Positions 29,254 through 42,670 of a DNA stretch of 64,000 nt are shown here, piece by piece. The position numbers and the translations under genes were made by a program. How positions within the stretch are numbered: position 1 is the first letter of the stretch; each line of letters opens with the position of its first letter. Source of the DNA: Octopus vulgaris (lineage: Eukaryota); assembly GCA_951406725.2 (NCBI GenBank), contig OX597820.1, positions 79,670,001-79,734,000 of the forward strand, read 5' to 3'. A model generated the notes under the pieces. It had not been told where the DNA came from, searched no databases, and was given only the letters and a program-made list of their open reading frames with translations.

Positions 29254-29667
29254 AGAAAGTAATCACGCGCGAATACACTTATATATGAAAGCGAAACCTA
29301 TACTCATTATGCTACTGAATGTCTATTCACATATATACACCCACGTACATATTATACACCCACGTACACATCCACTGTAAGCATACATTAACTGATGCTT
29401 TCATTTTTAGAAAGCTCTAGAAATGCATTTATAAAAGCATTCATTTAAAACTTTTCTCGGAAATTAAATACAGGGCATAACAACAATAGAAAAAACAACA
29501 ACAATAAAAAACCTATTCATACAGCTGCCCCAAAATGTCATCAAGAAAGTATCTCCCCATGCGATATGATGTTGTCAGAATAACAATATACAATGCCATT
29601 CGAATTAAATATCGTCCTGGAGTCAATATAGAGAACCTCGCTCTGTAATCGAATACATAGTCAGAAA

Positions 29668-31020
29668 GGCGGTGACCTGGCAGAAACGTTAGTACGCCGG
29701 GCGAAATGCGTAGCCGTATTTCGTCTGCCGTTACGTTCTGAGTTCAGATTCCGCTGAGGTCGACTTTGCCTTTCATCCTTTCGGGGTCGATAAATTAAGT
29801 ACGAGTTACGCACTGGGGTCGATGTAATCGACTTAATCCCTTTGTCTGTTCTTGTTTGTCCACTATGCTTAGCCCCTTGTGGGTAGTAAAGAAATAGGTA
29901 TTTCTCTCGTCTTTACGTTCTGAGCTTACCATTTCCTATCAAGCCATCTAATCTATCCCAGCATGGAAAGCAGACGTTAAATGATGATGATGATGCCTGA
30001 TGATAATGATGCACAATGAGCATAACAGAAAGAGATACTCTTAAATGCCCAGATGGTTCACAAGAAGTAGTTGATAGTTTTTGCTTCCAAATTAGCCAGG
30101 TAAATGGTGGCTCTGAAAGTATAGTAGGCAGGGTAAGAACATTCTGGAAAAAGTTCACAGAACTTCTGCTGTTGCTACTGGCAGCAAAGGTCTACAACCC
30201 CAGAGTGAAGGGCAAAGTGTATGATGCTTGTATGGCGAGCTGGCAAAAACGTTAGCACACCGGGCGAAACGCGTAGCCGTATTTCATCTGTCCTTACGTT
30301 CCGAGTTCAAGTTCCGCCGAGGTCAACTCTGCCTTTCATTCTTTCGGGGTCGATTAAATAAGTACCAGTTACGCATTGGGGTCGATGTAATCGACTTAAT
30401 CCGTTTGTCTGTCCTTGTTTGTCCCCTCTGTGTGTAGGCCCTGGTGGGAAGTAAAGTAATTGGTATTTCGTCTGTCTTTACGTTCTAAGTTCAAATTCCG
30501 CCGAGGTTGACTTTGCCTTTCATCCTTTCGGAGTTGATAAATTAAGTACGAGTTACGCACTGGGGTCGATGTAATCGACTTAATCCCTTTGTCTGTTCTT
30601 GTTTGTTCACTCTATGTTTAGCCCCTTGTGGGTAGTAAAGAAATAGGTATTTCGTCTGTCTTTACGTTCTGAGTTCAAATTCCGTCGAGGTCGACTTTAC
30701 CTTTCATCCTTTCGGGGTCGATTAAATAAGTACCAGTTACGCATTGGGGTCGATATAATCGACTTAATCCGTTTGTCTGTCCTTGTTTGTCCCCTCTGTG
30801 TGTAGGCCCTTGTGGGCAATAAAGAAATAAGAATCGTTAGCACGCCGAGCGAAATGCTTGGCGGCATCTCGTCTGTCTTTACGTTCTGAGTTCAAATGCC
30901 GTCGAGGTCGACTTGGCCTTTCATCCTTTCGAGATCAATAAATTAAGTACCAGTTGCGTACTGGGGTAGATCTAATCAACTGCCCCCCCCAAAAAAAATT
31001 TGTGCCTAGAGTAGAAAAGA
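29668..31020 (+). mobile_element. SINE family A cluster including a 4-unit multimer (30235-31020) and an RTE RT scrap (30010-30230)
   Basis: Tandem ~185-190 bp units; EVVDSF..RVKGKVYDAC is RTE-like. Confidence 0.85.
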
Positions 31021-31361
31021 AAAGCAGAATATACAATGCCATTCAATATAGAGAACTCACCTCTGTTATTGAATATATACATCAACACTAGGAATCTGAC
31101 TGAACATTTCCACCAAAACATCAAGTGTAAACATAACAGATCGGATATAATTGTTTCGGACAGACAAGAAAAAGTATGAATCGCCGTTGAGGTCAGCTGT
31201 CCTGTTGATGTAAACAACTCTTCGAAAGGATAATTATGGATAACCATTTCGAAACCTCCGGCTTCTACATCCAAATTATAGATTCACATTTTAACAATAA
31301 TATCATAATTGGTAAACTTAATTTTGTGAGTAAATGCCTAACAGACAGTGCATCCTAGCTT

Positions 31362-32040
31362 TTTTAGGATCTCCCAAAGTGCAATTCTATTGTTAGAATC
31401 AAACACTTTTGTTAGGTCAAGGAAAACCTGGTATTAGTCCATATGTTCGATGCACTTCCCTTGCAACTGTCTACCCGAAAATATCATATCTATAGTACTC
31501 CTGCTATCCCTAAACCCACATTGCGATTCTGGTAGAACCTCATCAGCAATGTACAGAAGCAATCTATCCAGCATTACCCTACAGAGGACCTTTCCACCAA
31601 CAGCTAACAGACAGATGCCGCGATAATTATCACAGACATCCTTTCCACCTTTAGATTTATATAGTATCTCCATAGTTGCATCACGCCAATCCGGAGGAAC
31701 CTCGTCACTTTGCTAAACCCTCTGAATCACATCCGTCAACATTGCACAAAGATAATCACCACCATATTTATATATCTCTGCACCTAGACCATCCATACCA
31801 GGGGGCCTTTCCATTGTTTAATTTCTTGATTGGTGCTTTTATTTCAGCCAGGCTTGGAACTTCTGCTATAAGATTTTTTATTGGTCTTTCGGGTATATTT
31901 TCAAGAAAAGAGAGATCAACTTTAGTGGGTCTATTGAGCAATTCATCTAAATGTTCTTTCCATCTCCCAACAACATCTTTAGAATTTATTAATAATTCTG
32001 TGCCATTCTTGCTCCGAAGTGGCGCAACCTTTTTCAAGAG
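31362..32040 (-). mobile_element. RTE-clade LINE RT N-terminal fragment
   Basis: CDNYRGICLL..LPESQCGFRDSRSTIDMIFSGRQLQGKCIE and RWKEH..LLN..LNNGKAP. Confidence 0.9.
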
Positions 32041-32041
32041 A

Positions 32042-32100
<59 letters not shown>

Positions 32101-32236
32101 CAGGCAGACAAAAATACCCTGTTGTTGATGTTGAAATTCCAATGAAGGAGCTTTGGATCTAGGTTAGAAACTGGCTCTTTCTCTATTGGCAAGAAGTCTC
32201 GAAATAAAATTGAATAATGACCTACATACATTCATA

Positions 32237-33500
32237 TATTTTAGGTCCGAAAGAAAATCTTATTGCATTTCAAGATGGGAAAGAAGCAAATGATTCTCAG
32301 CTCTTAATAAGTTTAATCAAGATAATATTACTTCCTCATTATTGATAATCCTATCTATTTGCCATATTGTTGATTCCTCGAGCAAAAAAAGTCTTCACGT
32401 TTTAAAGTAAAGAAAACATTTAATATAATTTTAAATCTCTTCACAATTAACGAGATGTTTCCCCTCTAAATAACGTTGCAACGAATCAAGATCAGGAGAG
32501 TAAGGAGAATGAGGCAAAACCCAACATATTTTCTGGCATAATCTTTTCGTGATTGAACTGGTCATTATGAAGGCAATATGAGGTGTTGCTTTATCATGTA
32601 ACAGCAACATCTCTTTACAAATGACCAATGATGGATGCTTTTTCTGCAATTTCTTGTGCAATGCTTCCAACTGACAACAATACTTCTCTGCATCAACTGT
32701 TTCGTTATGGAAATAATATATTTCTAAATCTCTCAGAGAGATTTATGAAGTGGCAGCACGATAAAGTGATAGTATATTGTCAAATTAATGGGACAGTCCC
32801 ATGAAAGGGATGAAATAACAGTAGAATTCTTCTCTTTTTCACATGCTATCACTGTTTCGTTATGGTTTAACACATCGTGAGAGACAACTCCCTTCGTATC
32901 CCACCAAACACAGTGTGTTCCTGGATTTGTTTAGGAAGGATTCCTAACCATTGTCGTTTTCGTTGGATATAATTACAGAGAACTCACTTTTCATCACATC
33001 TGATCATTCTAGCCTGGGATAGGTTTGGTAACTCGTTTACCCTTCAATGACGAAGAGAAGGCAACTCTTTGGTTAAGCTGAGAAGCAATCAAATGATGAG
33101 GTATCCACTGACCAAGTTAAGACTCTTTTCCTTGTTCATGAAATGTTTTAAGATCAAAGAGAAACTTGAATTGAAGTGCTTTGCTAATTCTTGCGCTGTC
33201 TGCTTTGGATTTTCAAAAGCTCAATATTGACAGAATTTGGTTGTCCAGATGTAGAAGAATCTACAAGAGTAACATTTTTCGAGCAAAACTATCATTACTA
33301 TATTTGGACACTTAAACCTACATTTCCATAGACAGAAACGAATGTTTCTTGCTGCTTCAAGAACCCTCTTCTGAATTCATAGAGCAAGCAATATCTGTTA
33401 CGAGTCTGATCTAATCTCATTTTAAAGGCGTCTAATTCATAAGAGTGGAACCACTACGGTATAAAGCAATCTGCAAAATAATCAAGAAAATAACCCATAA
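32237..33500 (-). mobile_element. Decayed mariner element
   Basis: LLLHDKATPH..VLPHSPYSPDL, LGQWIPHHL and VWWD motifs in broken frames. Confidence 0.85.
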
Positions 33501-33626
33501 GAATATAACAACGTATATTTTACCATCAGTATTGACAAATGACAATCAAAGCAATGTTAAAAATACGATTGGATTTTATTTCTTATTGTTACACACACAC
33601 AAATATACATACATACATACATACAT

Positions 33627-33692
<66 letters not shown>

Positions 33693-33818
33693 CTTGGACT
33701 GTTCAACCTGGATTCTCTACTTGGACTTTCTACTCTCCTACACTCGGACTCGTACACTTCATACATCTGTTTGTTGTTTACACAACCATCTTCGTCTTTT
33801 GTTTTTTTGTAAATTCTT

Positions 33819-33873
<55 letters not shown>

Positions 33874-34173
33874 ATATATATATGTATATATAAATGTATA
33901 TATATATATATATATGTATTAGAAGGTTTGGAGATGATGTACAGGTATTTTATATTAGAAGAAATGAGGTACTCAGAAATTTGGATGGTTTTATATTTAC
34001 AGATTTTATTTGTATATTACATGTTTTTATACATCATATATCATATATCGTATATCATATTATAGCGCTTTCGTCCATTCTAGTGGAGTTGTCAAATTGA
34101 ACTAAGTTCTTGCAGGGATTTTTGGCTCTTTTTATAGTGTTATTGAGTGTGTAGTGGTGGGGAGAGATATAAG

Positions 34174-35193
34174 ATATCACATAAATTGCATTATATTATG
34201 TTACCTTATATTAATTATATTACATTTAAAAGCAATTAGCTTATTAGAATTTATCGAAGGAATGATAAACAAATAATTATGTGAACAATTATTCTTGTTC
34301 TTTTTATTAAAGTCATGTTTCAGTTTTTATAACTTCCTACATACAACGAGAGAGAAAACACTTTAAGATAAATATCACTTATTCAAATTTCTCGTTTGTA
34401 ACTGTCATTTGACATATTCAATGGAGAAAAGTTTTAATCTTACCTTCTGGCGCGGCTGTCACATGACCTTAACCCGCAAGTGTTGACCAATCAATATGTA
34501 CGTTAACTGCACAAGAGGGTGATACATGGGGAGAAAGTGTGAGAGAGCATGTGTGTGTGTGTGTGTGTCTGTGTGTGTTTTTGTATCTGAAAGATGTGTT
34601 AAAGAAAAAGAAGGAAAGGAAGAAAAGGGAGAGAAAGAAGAAAAAATTTTTTTGTTGATCTCTTTGACTGTTTCCTCCAAAGGGGGAAAAATGTCACTTT
34701 TCAAAAAATTGTCTGGATTTCTGTTACATCATTGACTTTTGAGAGAGAGAGAGAGAGTGTGTGTGTGTGTGTGTGTGTATGTGAGTGTGCTTGCGTGTGT
34801 GTGCGTGTGTGTTTTTGTATCTGACAGTAGTATTAAAGAAAAAGAAGGAAAGGAGGAGAAGGAGAGAAATTTTGTTGATATCTTTGCAGTTAGTAGGTTT
34901 GTCAATAATTCTTGGCTTATAGCGATTGTAAAATGCAGCTGTTTACTCCAAGGGGGGCAAAATGCCGCTTTTCAATAAATTGTTTGTATTTCCTTTTTAT
35001 CATTGTCTAGTGAGAGTGTGTGTGTGTATGTGCGTGTGTTTGCGTTTTTGTGTCTGAAAAGAGTGTTAAGGATGAATGTTCAAGTTGTCAAAAACAATCA
35101 GTCCTTGGCTTTTAGCAATGGTCAAGCCAGCTGGGGGTCAAAATGTTACTTTTTAAAAAAATTGTCTGGATTCCCTTTTATCATCGTCTTGTG

Positions 35194-35233
<40 letters not shown>

Positions 35234-35370
35234 TATGTGTGTGTGGGTGTCTGCCTGTCTGAAAGGAGTGTTAAATGGAAAAAAAAGGTGTTTATATTTT
35301 TGCAACTGTAAATGACTTTTGCCTTTTAGAAATTGGCCACTTAAAGGTGTGTAAAATGTCACTTGTCAAA

Positions 35371-35434
<64 letters not shown>

Positions 35435-35479
35435 ATATGTATGTATATATATATGTATATATATATATATATGTATATA

Positions 35480-35518
<39 letters not shown>

Positions 35519-36201
35519 TTGACTGGTTTCACATTTGGTTTTCAAATGTGCATTTGGTTTTCAAATGAGCTGTGTTGCAAATTGAGCATTTTCTGGCCGT
35601 TCTTGTAAAAATTGTTTGTTTTAAAACAAAGAATGTGGTTCAGAACGCTTTCAGTTAACGTACATATTGATTGGTCAACACTTACGGGTTAAGGTCATGT
35701 GACAGCCGCGCCAGAAGGTAAAATTAAAACTTTTCTCCATTGAATATGTCAAATGACAGTTACAAACGAGAAATTTGAATAAGTGATATTTATCTTAAAG
35801 TGTTTTCTCTCTCGTTGTATGTGGGAAGTTATAAAAACTGAAAAATGACTTTGATAAAAAGAAAAAGAATAATTGTTCACATAATTATTTGTTTATCATT
35901 CAGTCGATAAATTCTAATAAGCTAATTGCTTTTAAATGTAATATAATTAATATAAGGTAACATAATATAATGCAATTAATGTGATATAGTGCAATAAAAT
36001 ATAAGAGTGGACAGGTAAAATTGCAATGTTTGTACACACAGATGCACAGACGTAATAAAAATATTGTAATGAAACTATGTCGAACATTCATTGTCCTAAA
36101 AGCGGTACGATATAATGGTAATTTCGTTCAATTGTTTGGAAATACCTAGTTCATCTGAGTTGGATGGTCTGGCTGGCTAGCACTATGAACGCCAGGGTTA
36201 A
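34174..36201. mobile_element. Non-autonomous foldback element, probably piggyBac-like, with 336-bp near-perfect inverted arms (34174-34509 / 35652-35987)
   Basis: Arms are reverse complements with few mismatches. Sequence beyond the right arm ends ..CCAGGG|TTAA (36197/36198). Three diverged internal subrepeats are present. Confidence 0.75.
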
Positions 36202-36341
36202 CAGCGAAATTTTATGAAATGGAGAGGTGGGTGAAGGCTGAAATGAGGAGGCGGAAGTAAGACGAGTCCTGCATTAAGAGGCTGAAAAGCTGTATCTGTT
36301 TGCATATATAAATATATGCGTTTGCGTGTATGTGTATGCGA

Positions 36342-36392
<51 letters not shown>

Positions 36393-36395
<3 letters not shown>

Positions 36396-36586
36396 TTTGA
36401 ATGGTAAAACTTTCAATGATGATGACCTGAAATCGCACTTGCTTCAGGTTTTGGCTGATAAGGACCAGAAGTTCTATGAGCGCGGAAACATGAAGTTGCC
36501 AGAAAGATGGCAAAAAGTCATCGAACAAAATGGAAAATATATAGCTGATTAAAGTTCACTGAAATTACTTTCATGCCAACTCAATA
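36393..36586 (+). mobile_element. Mariner 3' fragment with TIR
   Basis: SLNGKTF..KFYERGNMKLPERWQKVIEQNGKY*, then TTACTTTCATGCCAACTCAATA. Confidence 0.85.
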
Positions 36587-36680
36587 TTATTTAATAAACA
36601 CAATATATATTTTTATAAGTTACTATTAGTTACATGCGATGAAAACAATCCAGACAACATTTTTTAACTCGTCTAGTGCC

Positions 36681-36738
<58 letters not shown>

Positions 36739-36838
36739 CATAATCTGCGTCTGTGCAGTGGTTTGAAAAGTTAGGATTTACAAACCGTTAGTTCTACATG
36801 TGGATCTGGCGGTCTGTATGTCTGAAATCTAAAGGTTG

Positions 36839-36910
36839 TCCCACTGAAGAAAACTGGTCTTCAGCAAATACCTTTTTGGCTGGAAATAGTTAGAAACCGT
36901 CGGTCTGGGA
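36839..36910 (+). ncRNA. Type I hammerhead ribozyme-like motif (Penelope-type)
   Basis: TCCCA-CTGAAGA-stem II-GAAA-CC-gtc-GG-TC-TGGGA: stem I, core, short stem III and GUC triplet are all present. Confidence 0.6.
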
Positions 36911-39257
36911 AATAGTTGAGATGGTAAACGTTTTTAATTTTCATTCCTTTCGTGAATTTATCCCTTTTCGTGGTCTTGAGTTTTCTACTGCTCTTTCTAG
37001 CACAACGCTTTCCTATTTGGAAGCCTCTTATTGTATTTCTATATGAATAATATATAGTCTAATGACTAATTCGTTTTTTGTGCTAGGCCACTGGTAATAA
37101 TAATTTATTATTACCCTATTTTATTATGTTTATATACATATACATATATATGCTCCAGCATGGCCACTTTCAAATGACTGAAACAAGTAAAAGATTAAAA
37201 GAATATATATATATATATATATACATGGAGAGAGAGAGAGAGTGAGAGAGAGATGTATATATGGCAGTATAGGGCAGCTAATTACAGTTAGGTTCGTGAC
37301 ATATATTTAAATGGGACACAAGAATAGGTAATGAGTATAAAAAGAAAACAACGTATAGTATTTTATTGAAGCGGAAAAGACTCCAGAAACTGTTAAGAAG
37401 AGATTCATGAAATCGATTATCAGACAGTCGTGAGTATTTTGAATAGCATAATGTTTGGTAAACCTTCATAAATGGTATGCTGATAATTATTTATTAGTGA
37501 TCTAACAAATAAACATTTCAGGCTGGTTGTATAGAAGGTTGTTACGTTATAAAATAACAGGAATATGTTAGATGAAAAGAATTGAATGTTGATGGAAAAA
37601 TATAAACTTAAAAGACGAGTTGAAATTGAATCAAAAGTTCATTTACATAAATCACCCATAAACATGGAAATTGTAGATAAAATAATGACAATGAAGAAAA
37701 TATGCCCTTTTACAAATCAGGAATTTAAAACAGATGAAAATTATAGACGTGAGTGAATAATATTACGCAAAACAAGTAAATAATAAACTAGCAAATACAA
37801 AAAAAAAAAATGAAGAAAAAGTAAAAGAAAAGTAGGGGAGATGGGAACTAAGTTAAAAGTTACAGTTACATTTGAAACTGGCGTCAAATATTGATAGACA
37901 ATAAGAAAAGTTTAAAGGGGAGGGAGAGGGGATTAGAAAAAATGCAACAGATGGAGGAATTGGAGAGAGATGGAGATCTCAAGGTATTATTCGTAAAAAG
38001 ATGCAAAAAAAAAAAAAAAAAAAGAAATAAAAAGAAGAAAAAGGAACCGACATACAAACGCTGAAAAAATGCCGGTGAAAATAAAACGAAATTCAGTTTC
38101 GAAATATGTTAGGACATGGAAAAAATTGAAGATGGGGATATGTAAAAACCAATCCAATTAATTCAAAGGAGTTGTAAATTAAAAAAACAAAAATGAGTGA
38201 TAAAGTAAAATAATATAAAATATTATACAACATAATAAACGTGTGTATAACCTATATCCTGGGGGATAAAACATTATATTAAAAGATGAAATATATAAAA
38301 AAAAACCCTTACAAATTTATATCGAAGGAAGGAAAGGAAGGAAACTGTTCAAGTTTAGAATTACAAAAAAAAAAAAAAAACCGAAACAAAACATAGACAA
38401 AATAGCAACAAAATGAAAACTACATATAACATATTTGAAGTCATGATAAAAACAGTAAAGCATATGCCATAACGAGAAGTGGCAATGTATTTTAATCATT
38501 AGGTGGCAAAAGCGTTGAAATTGAAACTTTGAACGAAACAGGAAAACATTTTTTTCCCACTTAAGTATGCCGAAAAATTCATAGAATGACGGTAAGATCA
38601 ATGCATATATGGGTTTAATCTTTCTAAAATAGATCATTGAAATTCGAAAGAGGCAGAATCTGTTCCCTGTGATTTTCATATATGTTTTAATAAACATGAT
38701 ATATTCCGACTATTTAAAGGAATTTTCGAGTAGATAAAATTTCATCTTGAAGCTGCTTTCTGCGGGGGAGGTAAAAGTTTTATACGTAGAACTATTATCG
38801 ACCCGGTTCTTAGCTCCGTAAACAACTCCTTTGATCAGAGAACTGGCATTAAGAGGGCAGTTACTAGGATTTTTACAATTACACTTAAGGCCGGCGTCAT
38901 ATTGACTAGATTTATCGAGAATCTACTCACATTGTGTTGGTTAACAGACGAAGCCAAACTTTTTACAGATAGAATAAATAACTTTAGGGATTCTTCTGTG
39001 AAGTATTGAATTGATTTTTATGCATATCCTCACGGATAAGCTTTCCAAGTCTTTATATATTTCGAAATTGAGTTTGGTACGTTTTCGGTTGATCGATGTC
39101 CGTTTTCTTGTTTTAACCATCTTTGCACCTTCGACTAATAATACTATTAGAGCACTATCCGTCTAATTTCTCTATAATTTGCAAGATTTGTAATCACTGT
39201 CACCTTCGATCTTTATTTGATGAAATTTCAGTTGTAACCGAAAGTTTTTAAGCATCA

Positions 39258-40698
39258 GGCGTGGCACTGTGGTAAGAAGCTTACTTCCCAACCACATGAT
39301 TCCGGGTTCAATCCTACTGCATGGCACCTTAATCAATTATCTTCTACTATAGCCTCGAGCCGACCAAAGCCTTGTGAATGGATTTGGTAGACGGAAACCG
39401 AAAGAAACCCGTCGTATATGTATGTATATATCTATGTGTGTGTGTGTGTGGACATAAACACACAAACATCGGTTGTCAAACGATGGTGTTGAGACAAGCA
39501 CAGACAGAAAGACGCACACACGTAAATATATATACATATATGCTGACGACAGAAAAGTAGTACAAGCAGTCAAGGAACCTTCTGATGCTAATATTCTTCA
39601 GAAAGACCTAGATGCCTTATATAAATGGGCTGAGGACAAGAACATGCAATTAAATGCAGGCAAATTCCAAGACCCCTGCTACCAGCTAATTGGTGCTCAG
39701 AAGTCATGACAACAATACTTTGGATCAAAGGGAGCGGAAATCCTAGAATTACATACAGTACGTGAACTTGGGATTGATATGAGCAATGATGCCTCGTTTC
39801 ACAAGCATGTCAAGATGGTGGCAGTGTGCCGGCGAATGGCCGGATGGATTCTGAGAACCTTCAGAACAAGGGACCAGGAAACTATACTGGTTCTATGGAG
39901 GACATTTTTCTTCAGCCGTCTGGATTACTGTTCTCAACTATGGTCACCCTACACTGTAGGATTAATAGCATAATTTGAGGCGGTTTAGAGATATTACACG
40001 AGGAAGATTGCATCAACGGAACAGCTGAGCTACTGGGAAAGACTGAAAGAGCTATGACTCTACTCCCTGGAGCGAAGACAGGAGAGGTATGCAGTGATAT
40101 ATGTGTGGAAGATACTGGAGGAGGTGGTACCAAACTTTGGAATTTAGAGTTATACCAGACCTCGAAATGAACGTCACTGCACCGTTCCAAAAGTTCCAGT
40201 TGTTTCACCTAAGTTGAGGACCATGTACTGCAATAGCGTGGGATGCAAGGGCCCACAGCTATTTAACGCCTTGCCAGAACATCTGAGAGATCTCCATGGA
40301 GTGGGGTAGATGTTTTCAAGAAACAACTTGACCTCTTTCTATTCAAGATTGTAGATGAACCAATATCAAGGCAGGAAACTCAAACGAGAGCAGCGATATC
40401 GAACTCCCTTCTTCACCAGAAGCCAAATCCACAGAACTGTCCAATTAAAAGGTGATTACAATGGCGGTGCCCCATCATGGCCACAGCCTCAAGGCTGAAA
40501 CATATAAAAGAATATCTATATATACACATATAGGACGGGCTTCTTTCAATTTCCGTCTACCAAATCCACTCACAAGGCTTTCGTCGGTCCGAGGCTAGTA
40601 GAAGACAATTGCCCAAGAGGCCACGCAGTGGGACAGAACCCGGCGGAACCATGTAGTTACAGAAGTAAACTTCTCGCCACACAGCTATGCCTGCGCCT
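39258..40698. mobile_element. Two opposed SINE family B copies (+ 39258-39450; - 39447-40698, interrupted by a LINE)
   Basis: Family B head at each end, facing inward. Confidence 0.8.
39539..40513 (+). mobile_element. 5'-truncated CR1 (Zenon-like) LINE
   Basis: YADD..LQKDLDALYKWAEDKNMQLNAGKFQ and GWILRTFRTRD..SRLDYCSQLWSP; intact 3' tail GGCGGTGCCCCATCATGGCCACAG..CTGAAAC. Confidence 0.92.
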
Positions 40699-41114
40699 AT
40701 AACGAGCAAAATCTCTAAACGTTACTGTCTCCCACTCTCTTTTTACACACACACACACACACACACAGGTGCATAAACATAGGCGCACACACAAACGTGC
40801 ATACCTACATATACACTCATACATAAAAATTAACCACACTCACAAACAGTTATGTATTTATGTGAAATCCATACTCATTATATGAGTGTGAGTTCATCCA
40901 TATATACACCCACTCATATGTTCATATAAACACCCACAAAGACGCCATATTTACTGGGGGTTACATATAAACGAATCTCTAGAAATATCTTGAGATAAAC
41001 AAAGAAGCCTTGGTATTTAGTCACTGGCTAAAATTCTTCTAAGAAAATAAATAAATCTCAAAGAATACATACATTCATACAGACACATTCTCTCTCATAC
41101 ACTAATCTCTCCCA

Positions 41115-41530
41115 ATACATACATATATATATATATATATACATACAGACATGAATGTATTCACACACGCTATATATGTATATGTATATGCATATATATA
41201 TATACATATACATATATATATATGTATATGTATTTATATATACATATATATATATATATATGTATATGTATATATATATATGTATGTATATATATATGTA
41301 TATATATTTATGTATATATATATGTAAATATTTTTATGCATATATATATATATATGTACATATACATATATGTATATATGTATATATATATATTTATGTA
41401 TATATATGTATATATATGTATATATGTATACATATATGTATGTGCATATATATATTATATGTATTATATATATTATATATATGTATATATATGGATATAT
41501 ATATATGTATATATATGTGTGTATATATAC

Positions 41531-41596
<66 letters not shown>

Positions 41597-41700
41597 CCCA
41601 TGCCAACATGGACAACGGATGTTATATGATGATGATAATAGTATATATATATATATATATATGCATGTATGCATCCATATGTGTGTGTATGCGTGTGTAA
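41115..41700. repeat. Long degenerate (TA)n/(TATG)n tract
   Basis: Directly visible. Confidence 0.95.
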
Positions 41701-42333
41701 CAAAAAAGTTTAATGTGGTTAAGTCTTCAGTTTATACTGATTACGCTGTGGAATGAATAAATACATATTATGCGGATGTTAACCTGCAATGCGTCTTGGC
41801 GTCTTGGTCACCAATCAGAAGTTAAGAAAAATTTGCGTATCTTGCCACTCAGTAACAGAACTTGATAGTAATCGCTATTTAAATCAGATAGCAACAAGTA
41901 ATTAGCTGAAATAGCTTCGCTAATTTATATACATTGCCATAGTAGTTCGCATCTAGTGGCTAACTAATTGAAATAGCGATTTAGATGCCATTTTCAGGAA
42001 AGCCATGTATTGTTTGTGTTTAAGAAGTGTATAAGAGGGTGAAGCAATTTTCTGCTGACGAATGGCCAACTAGCCATGGAACATGCCGAGATAACCTCCA
42101 AATCTTTTTGTGTCCGAGAAAAATAACATGAGTTTACTTTTATCTACATTCCGCATTAGATTTGTCTTAAATGATCCAATAAACGCTGTTTCTATATAAA
42201 ATGTCATAAATGTGGGGGCGTGTTGCTTTTGCGTCGTATTGTGCTTAAAATCACAAAATATATACATAATAAGTTTTTATAAGTACACAAACACGCGAGC
42301 ACACACATAAATGATATCAATTGCACATGCGTA

Positions 42334-42419
<86 letters not shown>

Positions 42420-42534
42420 AGATACAAATAATATGGCAATTTATTTTTAAATGCAGAAACGCAGTAATGCTGTTAGCACAGCAGAGATATTACGTAAATT
42501 ACCATTACAAAACGGAAAAATTTTGTCAACAAAC

Positions 42535-42670
<136 letters not shown>

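Larger units (their letters stand above)
29495..32230 (+). mobile_element. Fragmented RLE-type non-LTR element (29495-29665, 31025-31360, 3' UTR 32108-32230) split by later insertions
   Basis: SCPKMSSRKYLPMRYDVV; KCKHNRSDIIV..VEVSCPVDVN; 3' UTR matches the reverse complement of 52740-52858. Confidence 0.65.

Noticed and set aside
37450-38700. A-rich, strand-biased stretch resembling a decayed LINE coding region
   Set aside because: No diagnostic motif could be read; all frames are broken.
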